The notes under the pieces are model-generated. The model had not been told where the DNA came from, ran no database searches, and saw nothing but the letters and a program-made list of their open reading frames with translations. The position numbers and the translations under genes were made by a program. From NCBI RefSeq assembly GCF_009914755.1, contig NC_060926.1: a stretch of 64,000 bases of DNA; one strand, given 5' to 3'. This DNA is from the human T2T-CHM13v2.0 reference genome, Homo sapiens. Every line of letters starts with the position of its first letter. The stretch's first letter is position 1. Below, piece after piece: positions 1-64,000 of this stretch.

Positions 1-499
1 AGGAGCTATTCCAGAGCATCAATATCTGGGGGAAATATTGCAGGCAGAAGAGAATAGCCAGGAGACCTGTACTGCTGGTGAAAGGGGGATGAGGATGAGA
101 GCAGGAGGCAGCCTGAGGGGAACAGGCTAAGAGGAACACATCCCAGATCCCATGGGCCACTGGACTTTTATCTGAAATTCCTCTGAATGAAGTAGGGTGC
201 TAATACAAGGTTTTGAGCTGAGGACTAAATTCATTATGTTTTATATAGGTATGTATAAATATGAAGTAGTAAACCTCACTAAATGCCCAAAGAGCTCAAC
301 AACCATTATCAAAACTCAATAATCTGACATCTAAAGCAGCACAGAATCTAAAAAACTCTTAAAAGTAATTATGTCTAACACATATACAATAGCACAAACA
401 ACCTATTCCCATGATTGGAAGAAAGCACTGTTATGTATAATCTCAAGTGACAGAACATGTCATGTGTAGCAAGCCTGCCTGCCTTCCTCTCTTTATGCA

Positions 500-850
500 C
501 TCATTCATTCACCAATATTTATTGAGTGTTTTCTGTGTGCCAGGCACTGGGAAAACCAGCGCATAAATATAACTGCTATTCTCATAAAGTTTCTATTATT
601 GCAAAGACAATAAGTAAGCCCCAAATTTAGAAGGTGTCAGGTGATGTTCAATGTTATGAAGAACAAAGCAAGGTAAGCAGTAAAAAATCAAGGGGGGTAG
701 GGATGGCCCAAAGCAAGCTTGCATGAAAAGGGGGTATTTCAGCAAAAATCTGAAGGAAGGAAGTGGGCAAGCCTGCAGATAACAGAGAAAGAGTGTTCTA
801 GGCAGAAGGAATATCAAGGGCAAAGTTACTGAGGTGGAGGATGCCAAATG
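500..850 (-). mobile_element. L2 LINE fragment
   Basis: tcattcattcaccaatatttattgagtg...tgtgccaggcactggg is the typical antisense L2 3' end; boundaries approximate. Confidence 0.65.
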
Positions 851-905
851 CTTCCTCGTGAGTTAGATTCACCCATGACAAAATGCTGCCTTCAGCAATG
901 CAATC

Positions 906-1264
906 TGCTATGGTTTCAATGTTTATGTTCCCCCTAAATTTATATGTTGAAATCCTCACCCCCAAGGTGATAGTATTGCAGTGGAGACTCTGGGAGGTAA
1001 TTAGGTCATGGGAGCAGAACCCTCATGAATGGAATTAGTGCCTTTATAAAAGAGGCCAGAGAGCCCATTGCCCCTTCCACCATTTGAGGACATGGTGAGA
1101 AGGCACCACCTATAACTAGAAAACAATCCCTCACCAGACATGAAATCTGCCAGTGCCTTGATCTTGAACTTTCCAGCCTCCAGAACTGTGAGAAATTAAT
1201 TTCAGTTTGTTGACAAGCCACCCAGTTTAGGTACGTTTTATAACAGCCTGAATGGACTAAGGCA
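906..1264 (+). mobile_element. ERVL-MaLR solo LTR (MLT1A-like)
   Basis: TG...CA ends; tgctatggttt, cctcatgaatgg, ccagcctccagaactgtgaga and ggactaaggca motifs. Confidence 0.85.
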
Positions 1265-1691
1265 TGCTCCTTGAATGAATTCAGCATCATCCTCCCTGTT
1301 CACTTCCCCCACACTCTCCAGCTCTCAGTACATTTCTATTACCCATGTGGCCCCCAAACACAAGCCTGCATCCGTATCCTGGGAAGTGGGTCCCATTCAG
1401 GCAATTAGGTAACCTGCTGTGGAGTGCTATAAGAATCTCTACATCATCCTTTCCAAAGAATCACTTTTGGAGACCTTGTTGTGGCCAAAACATGCAAGTG
1501 GAACGGATCTTCACGTGGACATATATTTGAATGTGTGATGATTTAGGAATTCAAACTGTATATCTAAAAAGTCCAGAGAAACTGGATTTTTAAAAGACCT
1601 TTTGAAATTTATATCTCTGTAGTACATGGTTTTAACACAGTAGCACATTCTCGTGTTCTATGTTTCTTAACTGCATATTAAAATTAAAATA

Positions 1692-1820
1692 AGGGTCTTG
1701 CTCTATCACCCAGGCTGAAGCGCAGTGGTGCCATCATAGCTCACTGCATCCTCAAACTCCTAACTTCAAGCAATTCTCCCGCCTCAGCCTCCTGAAGTGC
1801 TGGGATTACAGGCATGAGCC
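1692..1820 (-). mobile_element. Alu monomer (FLAM-like)
   Basis: About 130 bp of antisense Alu consensus. Confidence 0.8.
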
Positions 1821-2340
1821 TCCTCTACCACTTCTTATAAGAAAATGCTCATCCACATACCTATTCCCAAGAGAGCTTAAATACATTTTTATATAGTTTC
1901 TATGCTCTCAAGAATTTGCTTTGCAATTCTTTTGGCATCTAGTAATACTATACAAATAAGTAATGTAAAAAAAAAAAACCACATTCACTTCTTATAAAAA
2001 CATCTCCTTAAAAAGTGTTCCATTTCAAATTTATTTGAAGTCAAACTAACGAGGATTAAACTACTTAAGGGAAACTGGTTCAAAGTGACACCTACTTTGA
2101 AATATTCTATAAATCAACAGAAATTCCTAAATCTGCATATGGGAGATAAAGCATTTTAAACATCATAAAATATCTCAGTGTTAAATATTTTTAAAATTTT
2201 TCTGAACACTGGCCTTCAAAATGCCAAATAACTGAATATATTTCAGCAATATAAATTGAAGAATATTCTTTTTACCCAGTTGTTGGCATGGCAAATCTTT
2301 GTTTCTCACATAATCCCATTTCAATAACAGGAAAATTTAC

Positions 2341-56643
<54,303 letters not shown>

Positions 56644-57584
56644 CTAATCAAAAAAGAATATGCTAAATATTAACCATTTCCTGAACAAGTTATACAATTG
56701 AGAGCTAAACTAAACTAGATTAATTCATACTGCTCAATTTTTTACAACATTCTTAGACATTTATGCAAGACTCACTTAAACCGTGTGATTACAACTAATT
56801 ATATTCAAGTTTAATCACATACCTATAAGCAAGGCAAACATATTACATAACATTTTATTTTCCTGATGTACTATCAATTTGTGTGAACCACATGGTATCA
56901 AATATTCATTTGAATAATTTTAGCCAAAGACATCCTAGATACATTTGGATTGAACAAGCATGAGCAATTTTACTGCAAAATACAAATTCAAATAATTCCA
57001 AAATGAGATCCATCAAATTTATAGATTATTTTCTTTTAATTTAATCAGATCTCCACTCAGCCATATGCCTGTACACATGCACACTTGGGCATCACACAAT
57101 CTTTCTCAAGTTACTCCTGTGTTTCCAGGCCTCACTCCCTCTCAGTCCTGTAGTTTGAAGCCCAAAGCAATGATGACAGAGACAGATGTACGATTCATTC
57201 ATGGAGAGTTGAGGGCTGTAAAGTCAGGAAGTCTAATTTTGTACTTCAATACCTACGTTCGGTGGACTGATACATCTACTTTTTCTACCAGCCATCGGTG
57301 GGAAACACACTAGTCTGTTACATGCATCAACCAAAAATAGTGATGTCTGTGAGGTGGTATGTACTTTAATGTTTGAATTTCAGAAAAGATTTCTTAGATT
57401 TTTCTGAGAAATATCTCAGGATGGTTAAACCACTCTGGATTTCTACTCTTGCTGGGATATTTATAGAATGGAACAATGATAAAGGGCAGAATGCTGGGTG
57501 TTGATATTAAAGACATTTTTAAGAGCAGAAGAAGCCACGGAAAGAACAGGTGAAAATGGACAGCTGAGGGATGAGAGAAGCAAG

Positions 57585-57620
57585 TAAATAAATAAATAAA
57601 TTAATTAATTAATTAATTAA
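57585..57620. repeat. (TAAA)n(TTAA)n microsatellite
   Basis: Directly visible. Confidence 0.8.
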
Positions 57621-58007
57621 AAAAATAGGCGTAGCAGAGAAATGCCAAGAAGATGGAGTAAAAATGTGCTCTAGAAGGACACTGTGGGGAGAACAAGAGA
57701 AAGACATTCAAATCTGGATCACAAAAAGGGATTTCTATATAGTTAGATGAGGAGAAATATGATTATATAAAGTTCCACAATATTATATGTAAAGTCTATT
57801 ATTATATCTATGTTTACCATATTATATATGATATATATAGAATAACATATATATGTAGTAGCCTTTCAAGCATGCAAATACACATAGCACAACACAGTAA
57901 CACACATATCTCCTATTTGTAGAACTATATACTGCACTTGCTTGGATATTTTGTCAACACAAACTTATACAGGAAGATTTTTAAAAGATACTTATTTTCT
58001 ACATCAC

Positions 58008-58352
58008 TTTTTTTAAACTTTATTTTTTGTATTTTTCAACTTTTATTTTAGATACAGGGGGTATATGTGCAGGTTTGTTACATGGGCATATTGCACCAAG
58101 GTAGTGAGCATAGTGCCCAATAGTTAGTTTTTAAACTCATGTTCCCCTTTCTTCTCTCCCCATCTAGAGGTCTACAGTGTCTATTGTTGCCATGTTTATG
58201 TCCATGTGTGCTCAGTGTTTAGCTCCCACTTATAAGTGAGAACACATGGTATTTGGTTTTCTGTTCCTGTGTTAATTTGTTTAGGATTATGGACTCCAGC
58301 TCCATCTATGTTGCTACAAAGGACATGATTCCATTCTTTTTCATGCCTGCAT
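58008..58352 (-). mobile_element. Old L1PA 3' end
   Basis: atgtgcaggtttgttacatggg...gctcccacttataagtgagaaca. Confidence 0.88.
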
Positions 58353-58934
58353 ATCCTATACAACTTCTTGCCACCCTATCTTAATGCTTTGAAATGGCAA
58401 CCAAAATATTTTCTCCAAGTACTTTGACAATCAAAATTAAAGGAGTAGTTTAAATATTATCAGATATACATAAAATAATGACTTATTACTCTATACTACA
58501 TAAATTAGCAAATCATATAAGCCAATTTAATGCTGCTAAAGAGTGGCCAAAGTGGAATATATTAATATTGCCAATGGTTACAAAAACAGTAATGCTATTT
58601 GTCAATATTTATCAAGGCCTATGAAAACTCATCTTCTTTGGCCCAGTAAACCCAGACATGGGCCGTTATCACACAAAAATTAAAATTCAAAGAAACCAGA
58701 TATATGCATAAGTACATTCATTATAATATAATTCATAATAGGGAGAAAATCAGACCTATCCAAAAGATTTTAAATTTTCTGGAAAATATTGTGTAGGGAA
58801 GCATTAAAGCCATATTTAACAGAAAGAAACATTAAGAAGAGAAAGAAACAATGGTAACATTGAACATCTAGATTCCAGTGAATTTTTCCAACACATTTGT
58901 GGGAGAGTCTGACACATTAATTTAAATATAAATT

Positions 58935-61285
58935 AACTGGAAGTCCTAGACAGAGCGATCAGGCAAGAGAAAGAAATAAAAGGTATCCAAATAGGAAAAG
59001 AAGAAGTCAAACAATCCCTCTTCACTGGCAATATGATTCTACACCTAGAAAACCTCAAAGACCCCACCAAAAGACTCCTGGAGCTGATAAATGACTTCAG
59101 TAAAGTTTCAGGATATAAAATCAATGTACAAAAATCGGTAACATTTCTATACCCCAATAATGTTCAAGCTGAGAGCCAAATCAAGAATGCAATCCCATTC
59201 ACAACAGCCACAGACAAAAATAAAATACCTAGGAATTCATCTAACCAAAGAGGTAAAAGATCTCTACAAGGAGAACTACAAAACACTACTGAAAGAAATC
59301 ACAGATGACACAAACAAATAGAAAAATATTCCATGCTCATGGATTAGAAAAATCAGTATCATTAAAATGGTCATACTGCCCAAAGCAACCTACAAATTCA
59401 ACACTATTCCTATCAAGCTACCAACATCATTTTTCACAGAACTGGAAAAAACCATTCTAAAATTCACATGGAACCACAAGAGCCTGAACAGCCAAAGAAA
59501 TTCTAAGCAAAAAGAACAAAGCCAGAAGCATTACATTAGCCAACTTCAAAGTATATTATAAGGCTATCATATCCAACACAGCATGGTATGTGTACAAAAA
59601 CAGGCACACAGAATAATGGAACAAAATAGGGAGCCCAGAAATAAAGGTGCACACCTATACCCATCTGCTCTTTGACAAAGTCAACAAAAATAAGCAATGG
59701 AGAAAGGACTCCCTATTCAATAAACGGTGCTTAAATAGCTGGCTAGCCATATGAAGAAGAATGAAACTTTACCCCCAACTTTCATCATATACAAAAATTA
59801 ACTCAAGATGGATTAATATTTAAAGGTAAGACTTCAAACTATAAGAATCCTAGAAGAAAACCTAGGACACACCATTCTAGACATTGGTCTTGGGAAAGTA
59901 TTTATGACTAAGTTCTCAAAAGCAATTGCAACAAAAACAAAAATTGACAAGTGGAAACTAATTACACTAAAGAGCTTTGGCACAGCAAAAGAAACTATCA
60001 ACAGAGTAAACAGACAACCTATAGACTGTGAGAAAACATTCACAAACTATGTATCTGACCAAGGTCTAATATCCAGATTCTATAAGGAACTTAAACAATT
60101 GAACAAGCAAAAAACAAACAACCCAATTAAAAAATGAGCAGCAGGCCAGGTGCGCTGGCTCACGCCTGTAATCCCAGAACTTTGGGAGGTCAAGACAGGT
60201 GGATCACGAGGTCAAGAGATTGAGACCATCCTGGTCAACACGATGAAACCACGTCTCTACTAAAAATACAAAAATTAGCTGGGTGTGGTGGCGCACGCCT
60301 GTAGTACCAGCCACTCAGGAGCTGAGACAGAAGAATTGCTTGAATCCAGGAGATGGGGGTTGCAGTGAGATGAGATTGCACCACTGCACTCCAGCCTGGT
60401 GACAGAGCGAGACACCGCCTCAAAAAAAGAAAAGAAAATGAGCAGCAGGCATGAATAGATACTTCTCCAAAGAAGACATACTAGTGACCAAAAAACATAT
60501 GAAAAATGCTCCACATCACTAACCATCAGAAAATATAAATCAGTACCAAAATGAGATATCATCTCACCCCACTCAGAATGGCTATTACTAAAAAGTCAAA
60601 AAACAAAAAATGCTGATAAGGCTACAGAGAAAAGGGAATGCTTATACACTATTGGTGGGATTGTAAGTTAGTTCAGCTGCTGTGGAAAGCAGTTTGGAGA
60701 TCTCTCAAAGAACTTAAAACAGAACTACCGTTCAACCCAGCAACCCCATTACTGAGTATATATCCAAAAGAAAATAAATTGTTCTACCAAAAAGACACAT
60801 ATACTCATATGTTCACTGGAGCAGTATTCACAATAGCAAAGACATGGAATCAACCTAGGTGCCATCAATGGTGGCCTGGATTAAGAAAATGTGATAAATA
60901 TACACCATATAATACTATGCAGCCACAAAAATAATGAAATTATGTTCTTTGCAGCAACATGGATGCAGCTGGAGACCATCATCCTAAGCGAATTAACACA
61001 GGAACAGAAAATCAAATACCACACGTTCCCACTTATAAGTAAGTGGAAACTAAACCTTAGGTACTCATGGTCACAGATGGGAATGGCAACAATAGACACT
61101 GGGGACTACTACAAGGAGGAGGAAGAGAGGGGTCAAGGTTGATATACTAACTATTGGGTACTATGCTCAGTACCTGGGTGATGGGATCAATCACTCCCCA
61201 AACCTCAGAATCACACGATATATCTATGTAACAAACCTGCACATGTACTCCTGAATCTAAAAGTTGATATTTAAAAAAATAAAAA
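58935..61285 (+). mobile_element. 5'-truncated old L1PA (PA15/16-like), interrupted by Alu
   Basis: Broken ORF2 RT/C-terminal peptides; 3' UTR ending aacaaacctgcacatgtac...aatctaaaagttg plus A tail. Confidence 0.92.
60144..60434 (+). mobile_element. AluSc-like element
   Basis: TSD aaaatgagcagca at 60131-60143 and 60435-60447. Confidence 0.92.

Positions 61286-64000
<2,715 letters not shown>

Overview
Primate (human-like) genomic DNA: an internal 64 kb slice of an axonemal inner-arm dynein heavy chain gene on the minus strand, recognised as DNAH7. I reconstructed 19 consecutive coding exons (56643 down to 2341; 3162 nt, 1054 codons, open frame with compatible phases). They run from the end of the linker through AAA1 (GPAGTGKT / CFDEFNR), AAA2 (GEPFGGKT) and AAA3 (GPTGTGKS). 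The gene start and end lie outside the window. Introns are AT-rich and full of Alu, L1, L2, MIR, LTR and DNA-transposon copies; subfamily labels are from memory of consensus sequences, not from a search. I see no evidence of a new multi-gene system. The notable signals are fine-scale: a TSD-flanked 24-nt U2 snRNA retrocopy; a tail-less Alu that reused an older Alu's target site; a GC-AG intron; 11 consecutive phase-0 introns; a five-layer transposon nest; a twin-primed 5'-inverted L1; two template-switch palindromes; and inverted Alu pairs bracketing symmetric exons.
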